This document shows, one piece after another, positions 56,708 to 64,000 of a stretch of DNA of 64,000 bases. The notes beneath the pieces were generated by a model that was given only the letters and a program-made list of their open reading frames with translations, searched no databases and was not told the origin of the DNA. Each line of letters begins with the position of its first letter. Positions within the stretch are counted from its first letter, which is position 1. Where the stretch lies: assembly GCA_013374835.1 (NCBI GenBank), contig CP055307.1, forward strand, positions 813,304 to 877,303, written 5' to 3'. Both the position numbers and the translations under genes were made by a program. The stretch comes from Candidatus Woesebacteria bacterium. Lineage in GTDB: Bacteria > Patescibacteriota > Microgenomatia > UBA8517.

Positions 56708-57241
56708 TCAACTGCTTCTTGCTCTTATTAGTTTCCTGATTAGCTGTCTGCAAAATAGCTCGGGAACATTAATACCCTTATCATTAAAATCTTTGGAAAG
56801 CAATTCTGCGGCTCTCATGTGAGATTCTCTTTGACTATTATCTAAAAAAACTACTTCCCCGCTCAATGATTCCCTTTCGCTACCCCGCTCATCAATGAAA
56901 TTTTTATGCCTGTCTCTAAGTATAGCCTCGTACTCTATGATTGCGGATATTGTTTCTTTAGAATAAAAATCGCTTTGGATATCAAAAACGAGTCGAAGTT
57001 TCTGAGAAAAAAAATCATCTAAAGTGGCCCTTGCTCTTTTGCTATTTAAAAATTGAGTTCTTTTCTGGTCTTTATCTAAATTCGGTTGAGGATTTCTGTC
57101 ATAATAAGTAAGTATGTCTTCTTTAAAGTATTCGCTTTCTTCAAATTTTTGCATAAACAAAACAGGGTCATTTGTAGTCTCTGGACCTCTTTCTTTTCCT
57201 TTATCAATTTCTAATTCTGTAGCATCGTCATTCATTTTCAA
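56708..57241 (-). CDS. hypothetical protein (paralogue of the next gene)
   Basis: N-terminus TNDPVLFMQKFEESEYFK resembles TDDPLLFVNKAVSNPEYKY of the upstream ORF. Sits between rplA and rplJ on the opposite strand. Confidence 0.45.
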   Translation of the reverse strand: MKMNDDATELEIDKGKERGPETTNDPVLFMQKFEESEYFKEDILTYYDRNPQPNLDKDQKRTQFLNSKRARATLDDFFSQKLRLVFDIQSDFYSKETISAIIEYEAILRDRHKNFIDERGSERESLSGEVVFLDNSQRESHMRAAELLSKDFNDKGINVPELFCRQLIRKLIRARSS

Positions 57242-57635
57242 ATCTTCTATTATTATATAAAATGCTCACCATCCCGCGTGCAAAATGTATATTAGGAGCA
57301 ATCTTAGCATCAACGAGCGCTCTTGCTGCTTTATTGTGGAGGCCCTTTTTGATGAAATTCATAAGATCCTTTTCTTGATCAATGGTGCCTTTTTTAGCAA
57401 AATCATCTGAGAACTCTGAATATGATCGAAATTTGTCCTTAAAATCATCAGGATATTTATTTTTATTATATAAAAGTCTTAAAACTGAGGCATTAAAATC
57501 TGTTACAAAAATCTCACTTGCCAAGCCAGACTCTGCATATTTATATTCTGGATTAGAAACAGCTTTATTTACAAATAACAATGGGTCATCTGTTTGCGAA
57601 ATATTACTTTTTATTTCACCGTTCTCTTTATTCAT
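57228..57635 (-). CDS. hypothetical protein (paralogue of 56708-57241)
   Basis: Overlaps its neighbours by 14 nt and 4 nt. Shares an N-terminal motif with the downstream ORF. Confidence 0.45.
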   Translation of the reverse strand: MNKENGEIKSNISQTDDPLLFVNKAVSNPEYKYAESGLASEIFVTDFNASVLRLLYNKNKYPDDFKDKFRSYSEFSDDFAKKGTIDQEKDLMNFIKKGLHNKAARALVDAKIAPNIHFARGMVSILYNNRRFENE

Positions 57636-58186
57636 GATCGCTTAGCTGTTATTATTTTAGATGTTACAAGCCCGAGAAAGATTTCTTTATTGAAAGGTGC
57701 CGGTAATACAAGTTGTTGCATTTCAATATTTGCAATTGTGGAAAGCCCTTCAAAAACAACATAAGGAATGTTTCTATCGGAAAAATAACTGTTGGGTTTT
57801 AGTATAAATCTTTGTTCTGGAAGTCCTTTTTTGTTCCCCGTGACCTGACTATGAAGTAAGAACTCTCCGCTACGAATTCTGGTTTGGAGAATCTTAAGAA
57901 CCTCAAAAAAATCACAGTGTTCCCTGATTCCATGTTCACAGTAAGCAGGTTCTCCTTTCTTTGCCTTGCGACATCTCAAAATTGCATAGTCAAGAAATTT
58001 TTTTCCAAAAGAATAATAGACATCCTCTACTCTTATGCAACAGCCGTCGATTTCTCCATTGCGATAATCTTCTAATAACGTAAGACTATTTTCCAATGTT
58101 AGTAAAGGATATCTGCTATCTATAATCTCAGTTAGTGTTGCAGGGATAGATTCGCGCTTACCTACCGAATTTTCAATCTGAGTCAT
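57632..58186 (-). CDS. hypothetical Cys/His-containing protein
   Basis: First gene of a three-gene minus-strand set. Contains GCCIRVED...CRKAKKGEPAYCEHGIREHC. Confidence 0.45.
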   Translation of the reverse strand: MTQIENSVGKRESIPATLTEIIDSRYPLLTLENSLTLLEDYRNGEIDGCCIRVEDVYYSFGKKFLDYAILRCRKAKKGEPAYCEHGIREHCDFFEVLKILQTRIRSGEFLLHSQVTGNKKGLPEQRFILKPNSYFSDRNIPYVVFEGLSTIANIEMQQLVLPAPFNKEIFLGLVTSKIITAKRS

Positions 58187-58264
58187 TTTTTCCTATAGTA
58201 GCTTAAATTTATAAATTGGTCAACTAAAAATAAACTTGTCTTTTGACTTTTTCGGGTTAGAAGT

Positions 58265-58350
58265 TTTATAATAAATTTATCCGAAGACAGGGTGCAGATA
58301 AATAAGTCACCCCGAGGAGCAAACTCGCGCTTCGGGCGCGTTTTTTTATT
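58265..58350 (+). promoter_or_regulatory. rplJ (L10) leader with terminator-like hairpin plus U-tract immediately before the start codon
   Basis: CGCGC-TTCG-GGCGCG at 58326-58340 followed by T7 at 58341-58347, 6 nt before the rplJ ATG. Upstream CAGGGTG/CACCCCG helix. Position matches L10-leader autoregulatory elements. Confidence 0.45.
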
Positions 58351-58353
58351 GAT

Positions 58354-58884
58354 ATGAAATCAGATACTAAAATTAAACCTGAAAAAAAGAAAAGGGTAGA
58401 AGAGCTTTCTGCTATCATGAAATCTGCTAAAGGCTTCGCATTGATAGACTACAGCTCTCTTGATGTAAAGTCTCAGCAGGAGCTCAAAAAAAGGCTCAAG
58501 AAAGCTGGGGCAAATATGCTTGTAGCTAAAAATACGCTCCTTAAAATTGCCGCAATAAATGCCGGATTTAAGGAAATCTCAGATAATGAAAATGCTTTAA
58601 CCAACCAAACTGCCTTGGTTTTTTCAAATAGCGATCCTGTTTCCCCTATTCAAATCGTAGGAAGATTTCAAACTGAAACCGAAATCACAGATTTTAAAGC
58701 TGGCATTATTGAGGGTATTTTTCAAGATAAAGAAAGCTTAATAAGAATATCAAAACTTCCGAGTAGAGATGAACTTTTGGCAAGAGTTGTCGGAGCAGTG
58801 TCTTCACCTTTGTATGGAATAACAGGAATTTTAAATGCAAACATGCAAAAGCTTGTTTGGATTTTAACCGAGGCAAGGGGGTGA
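58354..58884 (+). CDS. rplJ: 50S ribosomal protein L10
   Basis: Full-length L10 pattern (GANMLVAKNTLLK...). Confidence 0.9.
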   Translation: MKSDTKIKPEKKKRVEELSAIMKSAKGFALIDYSSLDVKSQQELKKRLKKAGANMLVAKNTLLKIAAINAGFKEISDNENALTNQTALVFSNSDPVSPIQIVGRFQTETEITDFKAGIIEGIFQDKESLIRISKLPSRDELLARVVGAVSSPLYGITGILNANMQKLVWILTEARG

Positions 58885-58889
58885 AAATT

Positions 58890-59315
58890 ATGGCAGCAGA
58901 AGATAAAGAGAATAAAAAAGTAAGCGAGAAGGTTGGAAAAATTGTCGATGAAATTAGCAAGCTTTCCGTGCTTGAGCTATCCGATCTTGTAAATGAATTG
59001 CAGGATAAACTCGGAGTTTCACCTGTTGCTATGACTGCTCCAGCTGTAACCTCTACGACAAACACAGGAGAGCCTGCCAGTGAATCGTCTTCTGACGAAG
59101 GCGGCAACAAAACCGTTGTTCTTACTAACGCAGGTGCAAACAAAATAGCTGTCATAAAGGCTATACGCGAGATCAATCAGAATCTTGGTCTTAAGGAAGC
59201 AAAAGATATGACAGAAGCGGTTCCAGCTGAGATATTGAAAGATGTTAAGGCAGAAGAGGCAAAAGAAGCAGCCGAAAAATTAAAAGCAGCTGGAGCAACA
59301 GTTGAATTGAAATAA
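58890..59315 (+). CDS. rplL: 50S ribosomal protein L7/L12
   Basis: Ala/Glu-rich hinge and C-terminal KAIREINQNLGLKEAKDMTEAVPAEILKDV...AGATVELK. The ATG at 58890 is preceded by AGGGGG. Confidence 0.9.
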   Translation: MAAEDKENKKVSEKVGKIVDEISKLSVLELSDLVNELQDKLGVSPVAMTAPAVTSTTNTGEPASESSSDEGGNKTVVLTNAGANKIAVIKAIREINQNLGLKEAKDMTEAVPAEILKDVKAEEAKEAAEKLKAAGATVELK

Positions 59316-59326
59316 AATAATTAAGA

Positions 59327-59360
59327 CAAAAAACCCCGCGACTATGTCGGGGTTTTTTGT
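59327..59360. terminator. bidirectional Rho-independent terminator between rplL and the convergent gene
   Basis: AAAAA-CCCCG-cgactatgt-CGGGG-TTTTTTG. The A-tract upstream and T-tract downstream allow use on both strands. Confidence 0.65.
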
Positions 59361-59404
59361 TGGAAAAAGATCTATTTAAATAATAAGGGATTCAGTTGCT
59401 AGGT

Positions 59405-60139
59405 CTATTGACTTGTCAAAAATTTAATAAGATCAAGAAGTTTGTCTGGAGGAAAACTTGCCAAGGTCGCCTCAGGAAGTTCTTCAAGCAGTAAAGCTGA
59501 GAAACTCTTGTCTATCTCAGCTAATCTTTCATTTTCTTTGACTGTCTTTTGATATCCTTTCCACAACCTTTCGTTAAATCGCATAATCACTTTATTTAAG
59601 TGCTCATCAGAAATATTAGGCAATGCTATTGTAAGTAAGTCAGCGGCAGCTTGTTCTAAACCCCTACCTCGCGTTTCCTCTTTTGGCTCACCACCAACAA
59701 CAATTGCACCCGGGTATTCAGACTCTTTTGCAGATTCATAGCACCATTTGATTAAAGCTTCAAATTTCTCTCTGCCAAGCGCTGCAAAAACTCCTGCTGC
59801 CCTATCTGTTTTGTCAGTCAATTCTGAGTCCCCAATCTGTTCAAGGTCTGCCCATCTTTCACCTTTTGGTCTTTGACGATCATAAACCCAAACCCCGACT
59901 ACTTGCCCATCTTGGTTCAATTTAACTCTTGCTCGAAATTGTGTGTGGGTAGTGAGCTTCTCTCTTTCTTTGTCACCAATCTCTAAATTAATACCAGCTT
60001 GGCGCAGAGCTTCTCTTAAAAATTCTCTTGTATCACCATCAAAAAAAACAGGCCCTAAATTATCTAAAGATTCTTCAATTCGTGAAATAATTTTTTCTCT
60101 AGGGTTATTGATTTGTTTTTGCTCTAGCTCATTGGTCAT
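59405..60139 (-). CDS. hypothetical acidic protein
   Basis: Clean 244-aa ORF with no motif. Locally GC-richer than its surroundings by eye. Confidence 0.5.
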   Translation of the reverse strand: MTNELEQKQINNPREKIISRIEESLDNLGPVFFDGDTREFLREALRQAGINLEIGDKEREKLTTHTQFRARVKLNQDGQVVGVWVYDRQRPKGERWADLEQIGDSELTDKTDRAAGVFAALGREKFEALIKWCYESAKESEYPGAIVVGGEPKEETRGRGLEQAAADLLTIALPNISDEHLNKVIMRFNERLWKGYQKTVKENERLAEIDKSFSALLLEELPEATLASFPPDKLLDLIKFLTSQ

Positions 60140-60294
60140 GTTGTTACATATTGTATCATATCGGCGCTATCTTATTATGTAATAACCATATGTATTACCT
60201 ACTAAGGTTTATTGTCTTTTGTTACAACGTTCTACAACAGTAAAACAGAAGAGTGATATGGTTGCAATAAATTATAGGATTTTCTCGATGAAGT

Positions 60295-61188
60295 TTAGCC
60301 TTTTACTATCTTTTCGAAATACTTAATAATCTCTAAAGCTACATTAACACCCGTGTATCTTTCAAAACCCGTAAACTGGGGTCCGGGGTTGATTTCTAAA
60401 ATATAGGGTTTGCCTGTCTCTTTATTAATCATAATGTCAACTCCGGCGATTTCTGTCTTCATTACTTCACTTGTTCTTTCGGCTATATTTCTGATTTCTG
60501 GGTATAAATTTAAATCAAATAATTCTCCCCTACCTCCTTGACTAATATTGCTTCTAAACTCTCCTTCACGAGTTGGTATGCGTTTCATTGCTCCAATTGC
60601 TTTATATCCAACTGTAAATACTCGAATATCTCCGTCGTTGGGAATAAATTCACGAATCACAAAAGAAGGTGAAACTCCTTCTAAATCTTTGGCAATTGTT
60701 TTAAGTTCCTCAAGATTATCTGCCTTAAAGACACCTTTTCCTTGTCTGCCTTCACTGACTTTGATAATTAAAGGGAAGCTAAAACTATTAATCACATAGT
60801 TAATGGATTTCGAATCAAAAAGTACTGCAGAATACGGAAATGGTAGAGAATTTTCAGTTTGCTTGAGATAATCAATTGCGGGAGTAAGATAAAAATTGTA
60901 ACTAGGATCTATAGCTTTATAATTAACTATTTTGGTCTTTCTGGTTTTATTTAAAAAAAGACAAGCTGTGTACCATTCCCATCTGCGTTTTCCTGCTGAC
61001 CAGAGGTAAATTAAATCATAATTCTTAAGGGTTTTTCCTCTAAGCGTCGGGTTAAAAAAATCTGACCCAGTTTCTATTATAAGCTCGTTTGTGTAGCAGC
61101 CTTCTACTTTGTGTCCTCGTTTTTCTCCTTCTTCCTGGAGGCGAATCAACTGATTGTTTTTAACTAAACCAACTATTAAAATCTTCAT
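60295..61188 (-). CDS. RimK-family ATP-grasp ligase (alpha-L-glutamate ligase-like) 3 of 3
   Basis: ATP-grasp core FPLIIKVSEGRQGKGVF, EFRSNISQGGRGELFDL, IAGVDIMINKETGKPYILEINPGPQF. Confidence 0.75.
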   Translation of the reverse strand: MKILIVGLVKNNQLIRLQEEGEKRGHKVEGCYTNELIIETGSDFFNPTLRGKTLKNYDLIYLWSAGKRRWEWYTACLFLNKTRKTKIVNYKAIDPSYNFYLTPAIDYLKQTENSLPFPYSAVLFDSKSINYVINSFSFPLIIKVSEGRQGKGVFKADNLEELKTIAKDLEGVSPSFVIREFIPNDGDIRVFTVGYKAIGAMKRIPTREGEFRSNISQGGRGELFDLNLYPEIRNIAERTSEVMKTEIAGVDIMINKETGKPYILEINPGPQFTGFERYTGVNVALEIIKYFEKIVKG

Positions 61189-62057
61189 CTTGCGTTTGCT
61201 ATGGCATATTCAACGAATACTTTTCCGATATTTTCATTATATGCTTTTTCCATACCTACAAAACCTGCAGTATGGTTTACTTCGAGAACATATTTTTTGT
61301 TGTCTTTAGTTATGAGCAAATCTACTCCGCCAATTTCGAGACCAACTGCCTTAAGGGCAGATTTTGCCAAATTTAGACCGTCTTCATCTAGATCAAATTT
61401 TTCGACACGCCCGCCTAAAGAAAAATTTGCTCTGAACTCACCTTTTGCTGGTATCCTTCTCATTGTAAAAACCCTGTCTCCAATAATTAAAACACGAAGG
61501 TCGTATTTATAGGGAATAAATTCTTGAAGGATAAAATTTTTAGCTTCATGGGAATGTTTTTCTGCATCTTCGATAAATCTATAAAGACCATTTAAATTAG
61601 AAATTTTGAACACATTTGCTCCTTTTCCCATGCGTGTAGATTTAATCACCAACGGGAAGCCTAAATAGCTTGATAAATTTTTGTAGTCTGAAAAATTTCT
61701 TGATTGAGCAGTGTTTGGAACCGGGATTTTGTTTAAAGCCATCTTTGTCAAATCAGATGTTTTATTTATAAGATATTGATCGGAAAGAAAATTGTTGTCA
61801 AATATTTTAATTCCCTTTTTTCTTAATCCTAGAAGAACGACTATAATTGGTTTTATTGAACTAAATATTCCTCTTGTAATTATTATATTGAATTCTTGAT
61901 CCGTAAGACCTTTTACGCTCAAACTTCCTCCAAATATATTGAAGGAAAAATTGCTTAAATCTATTAGAGTAAAGCCGTGATTTAGTGCTTTTATTTCTTC
62001 TTTAATGCGTCTATTTTCAATAAGTGAAGGAAGTGTTGTAACTAAAGCTACCTTCAT
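61185..62057 (-). CDS. RimK-family ATP-grasp ligase 2 of 3
   Basis: FPLVIKSTRMGKGANVF, GEFRANFSLGGRVEKFDL, IGGVDLLITKDNKKYVLEVNHTAGF. Has 4-nt overlaps with both neighbours. Confidence 0.75.
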   Translation of the reverse strand: MKVALVTTLPSLIENRRIKEEIKALNHGFTLIDLSNFSFNIFGGSLSVKGLTDQEFNIIITRGIFSSIKPIIVVLLGLRKKGIKIFDNNFLSDQYLINKTSDLTKMALNKIPVPNTAQSRNFSDYKNLSSYLGFPLVIKSTRMGKGANVFKISNLNGLYRFIEDAEKHSHEAKNFILQEFIPYKYDLRVLIIGDRVFTMRRIPAKGEFRANFSLGGRVEKFDLDEDGLNLAKSALKAVGLEIGGVDLLITKDNKKYVLEVNHTAGFVGMEKAYNENIGKVFVEYAIANAR

Positions 62058-63379
62058 TTTTTTCCTCTTGCCTCCTTTACTTTTTCAATTGGAATATGCG
62101 GATCAACTAAAAACCCTTTGAGATTTTTCCTGCCGATTATTACCGGATATTTGAGAGCCATCCTTTTTGCAACTGATGCAGGAGTTACTATTTTTCTTCC
62201 TGCAAGCCAAAAGGTGAGACTGATAACAGGTCTTTCTTCTTTCCCCAATGAGCTTTTGAAAGATTTCGTCCATAAAATATTGTTCTTATCAAGTAGTCCT
62301 AGTTCTTTGGCTAAATCTTTACTTATCGATGTTCTCCACGCTCCTGTGTCAATTTTGGCAAAAATTTTTTTTCTCTCCCCCTTCTTCATACCTTTTATTT
62401 TTATTTCTTCAAGAGATGATATTGTTTTAATTCCTTCATCTGCTTTGACTCTATCTGAAAAATCGGACATGAAGAGCGCTTTTGCAATCTTAACCCCATG
62501 CTCTGCATCTCTTACTTTAAGATCTTCTACCCTTTCAAGCCTTTTTCTAAGTCCTGCCATGTTAGCAAGCTGTATCTGGGTACCGGGCTGATAGTTTAAC
62601 TCAAGAACCATCGGCCCTTTAGTAGGATGAAGAACAATATCGACCCCTAAAAGTCCAAGCCCAGATGCTTCTTGGCTCAAAACCGCAATTTTTAGCATAT
62701 CTGTCCAATGAGGAATTTTAATACCGTGAAGCTTTCTTTTTGTGCCAGGTTTATAGCGAATTTGATTACCATACCAAATAGCCTTTGTAGTTATACCTGT
62801 CGCTATATCAACTCCCACTCCTATTGCACCCTGGTGCAAATTTGCTCGGCCGCCGGAGTCTTTTGTGGGAAGACGCAACATGGCCATTACCGGCACTTTG
62901 TTAAAGACAATAATTCTTATATCGGGCGTACCGCGATAGGCATATTTTCTGAAAGCTTTATGACGAGGTACATATTCCTGAATAAAGGCTGCGTCCGGTG
63001 AGTTGTGCATGCTGAAAGCTCCTTCTAAAATATCTAAAACATGGAGTTTTAAATCCTCTTCGAGTATTTTTTTTCTACTGGTTGTGATCCAACCTGTTTT
63101 GTCTTTGGACTTCTTTTTAATTACTATAATCCCATTTCCTCCCAGTCCTCTGCTTGGTTTAACTACAAAAGCTTCAGGCAGGCTGTTCCAATCAAAATCA
63201 AGAATATCTTTCGGCTTTATAAATTTTTTATATATTAACGGAGTCGGGATATTGGCCTTTTTAAGCACTTTTTCAGTCAACAGCTTTGATGAAGCAATTC
63301 GCTTTGACTTTGGTTTATTGTATTGATATGAAAAAAGTTGAGTTCTTGCGTTAAGACCCAAGATGTTTTGAACTTTCAT
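62054..63379 (-). CDS. ATP-grasp ligase fused to a C-terminal retropepsin-like aspartic peptidase domain (DTGA; DUF785/putative ATP-dependent zinc protease family)
   Basis: N-terminal ATP-grasp (VVKPSRGLGGNGIIVIKK, HQGAIGVGVD, LLGVDIVLHPTKGPMVLELNYQPG). The C-terminal roughly 130 aa carry IFAKIDTGAWRTSIS with the retropepsin D-T-G-A signature. Confidence 0.65.
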   Translation of the reverse strand: MKVQNILGLNARTQLFSYQYNKPKSKRIASSKLLTEKVLKKANIPTPLIYKKFIKPKDILDFDWNSLPEAFVVKPSRGLGGNGIIVIKKKSKDKTGWITTSRKKILEEDLKLHVLDILEGAFSMHNSPDAAFIQEYVPRHKAFRKYAYRGTPDIRIIVFNKVPVMAMLRLPTKDSGGRANLHQGAIGVGVDIATGITTKAIWYGNQIRYKPGTKRKLHGIKIPHWTDMLKIAVLSQEASGLGLLGVDIVLHPTKGPMVLELNYQPGTQIQLANMAGLRKRLERVEDLKVRDAEHGVKIAKALFMSDFSDRVKADEGIKTISSLEEIKIKGMKKGERKKIFAKIDTGAWRTSISKDLAKELGLLDKNNILWTKSFKSSLGKEERPVISLTFWLAGRKIVTPASVAKRMALKYPVIIGRKNLKGFLVDPHIPIEKVKEARGKK

Positions 63380-63383
63380 AGAT

Positions 63384-64000
63384 TTAGCCTTTAATTAGTT
63401 TTCTGAATCTCCAGTATTCCAATACGCGAAGACCTGTATATTTTCCTAATATGAGATCGAAAATCGCAACAGATAAAAGAGTAATTTCCGGATTGAGCAA
63501 AGCATAACGCTGAAGCGACTGTGTTGTAAGAAACATAAATGATATCAAAGACAAAATAATTGTTTCCGTTATAAAAGTTACCGCTGTACGTGCACTTTTT
63601 CCAAGCTGAAGTTTGGTAAAATCTTCCGCAAGAAGAACCAAAAGCAGCACAGGAAAAATCGAAACATCGGTAAGTCCTGGAATTTTGACCAAGGGTGCAA
63701 GAAACAATACTAAAAGAACTCCACAGACAACAAACCAGAGAATCAAAGACATCCTCGGTAGGTATTGCAGCTTAATTTTTATTTTCCTTAAAAGAATTCT
63801 GAAAAATGTTGAGGCAGAAACTATAACTAAAAACAGTAAAAGACCAACGACAGGACCAATTGCGACAAATACTATTGATAAAGCGGCCGGCAGAAAAATA
63901 CCAAATCCTCTTAAACCTATTATATGGCGCGTTGCTGCTATAACAGCGGTTATTAAGGGCAAAAGAATTAAAAGGACTATTGTATTAGGCGGCACTCCCG
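63384..64000 (-). CDS. polytopic membrane protein, 5' end beyond window (possible 7TM module of the RimK-associated membrane protein family)
   Basis: Six or more hydrophobic helices. The ORF is still open at the window edge, so the N-terminus is missing. It lies 5 nt upstream of the ATP-grasp genes. Confidence 0.45.
   Translation of the reverse strand, partial: GVPPNTIVLLILLPLITAVIAATRHIIGLRGFGIFLPAALSIVFVAIGPVVGLLLFLVIVSASTFFRILLRKIKIKLQYLPRMSLILWFVVCGVLLVLFLAPLVKIPGLTDVSIFPVLLLVLLAEDFTKLQLGKSARTAVTFITETIILSLISFMFLTTQSLQRYALLNPEITLLSVAIFDLILGKYTGLRVLEYWRFRKLIKG

Noticed and set aside
1-64000. CRISPR arrays, large tandem repeats, IS elements
   Set aside because: No regularly spaced direct repeats or transposase-like ORFs were found on reading through. 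The only repeated elements are the 20-bp operator-like palindrome (2 copies) and the shared tRNA-Thr ends.

Overview
Mostly minus-strand, tightly packed, low-GC bacterial segment with reduced-genome traits (short EF-Ts, ProRS without editing domain, short DprA, many small proteins). By inference it resembles Patescibacteria/CPR-like genomes. Core content, in order: dnaX-ybaB-recR; cysS; rpoD; proS-rseP-frr-tsf-rpsB; a folate/thymidylate block (folD-glyA-tmk, thyA-folA); topA-dprA-mrdA-mreB; def-fmt; rpmB; an SRP-RNA-like structured RNA followed by tRNA-Thr and tRNA-Tyr; tRNA-Thr; rpmG; tRNA-Trp; then rpsU, secE-nusG, rplK-rplA and rplJ-rplL. This classical tRNA/rpmG/secE/nusG/rplKAJL region is repeatedly interrupted by hypothetical gene sets. 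Accessory content, each reported separately below: (1) a ten-gene co-directional copper/thiol-redox operon at 891-8610 (CopB-type P1B ATPase, rhodanese fusion, CsoR, azurin-like cupredoxin, ArsR-family regulator with YHS/TRASH-like tail, CcdA, membrane thioredoxin, ZIP transporter). It carries one consensus promoter with a G8/GC pseudo-palindrome at csoR, and a duplicated promoter-plus-perfect-palindrome cassette overlapping two start codons. (2) A tandem Pol-beta nucleotidyltransferase protein translationally coupled to an alpha/beta hydrolase (25402-27626). (3) Three signal-anchored cohesin-like/dockerin-like proteins (49083-51505). (4) A small kinase-like protein operon (47417-49034). (5) Three tandem RimK-family ATP-grasp ligases, the last fused to a retropepsin-like DTGA domain, plus a polytopic membrane protein cut by the window end (60295-64000). 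No CRISPR array, integrase or transposase was seen.
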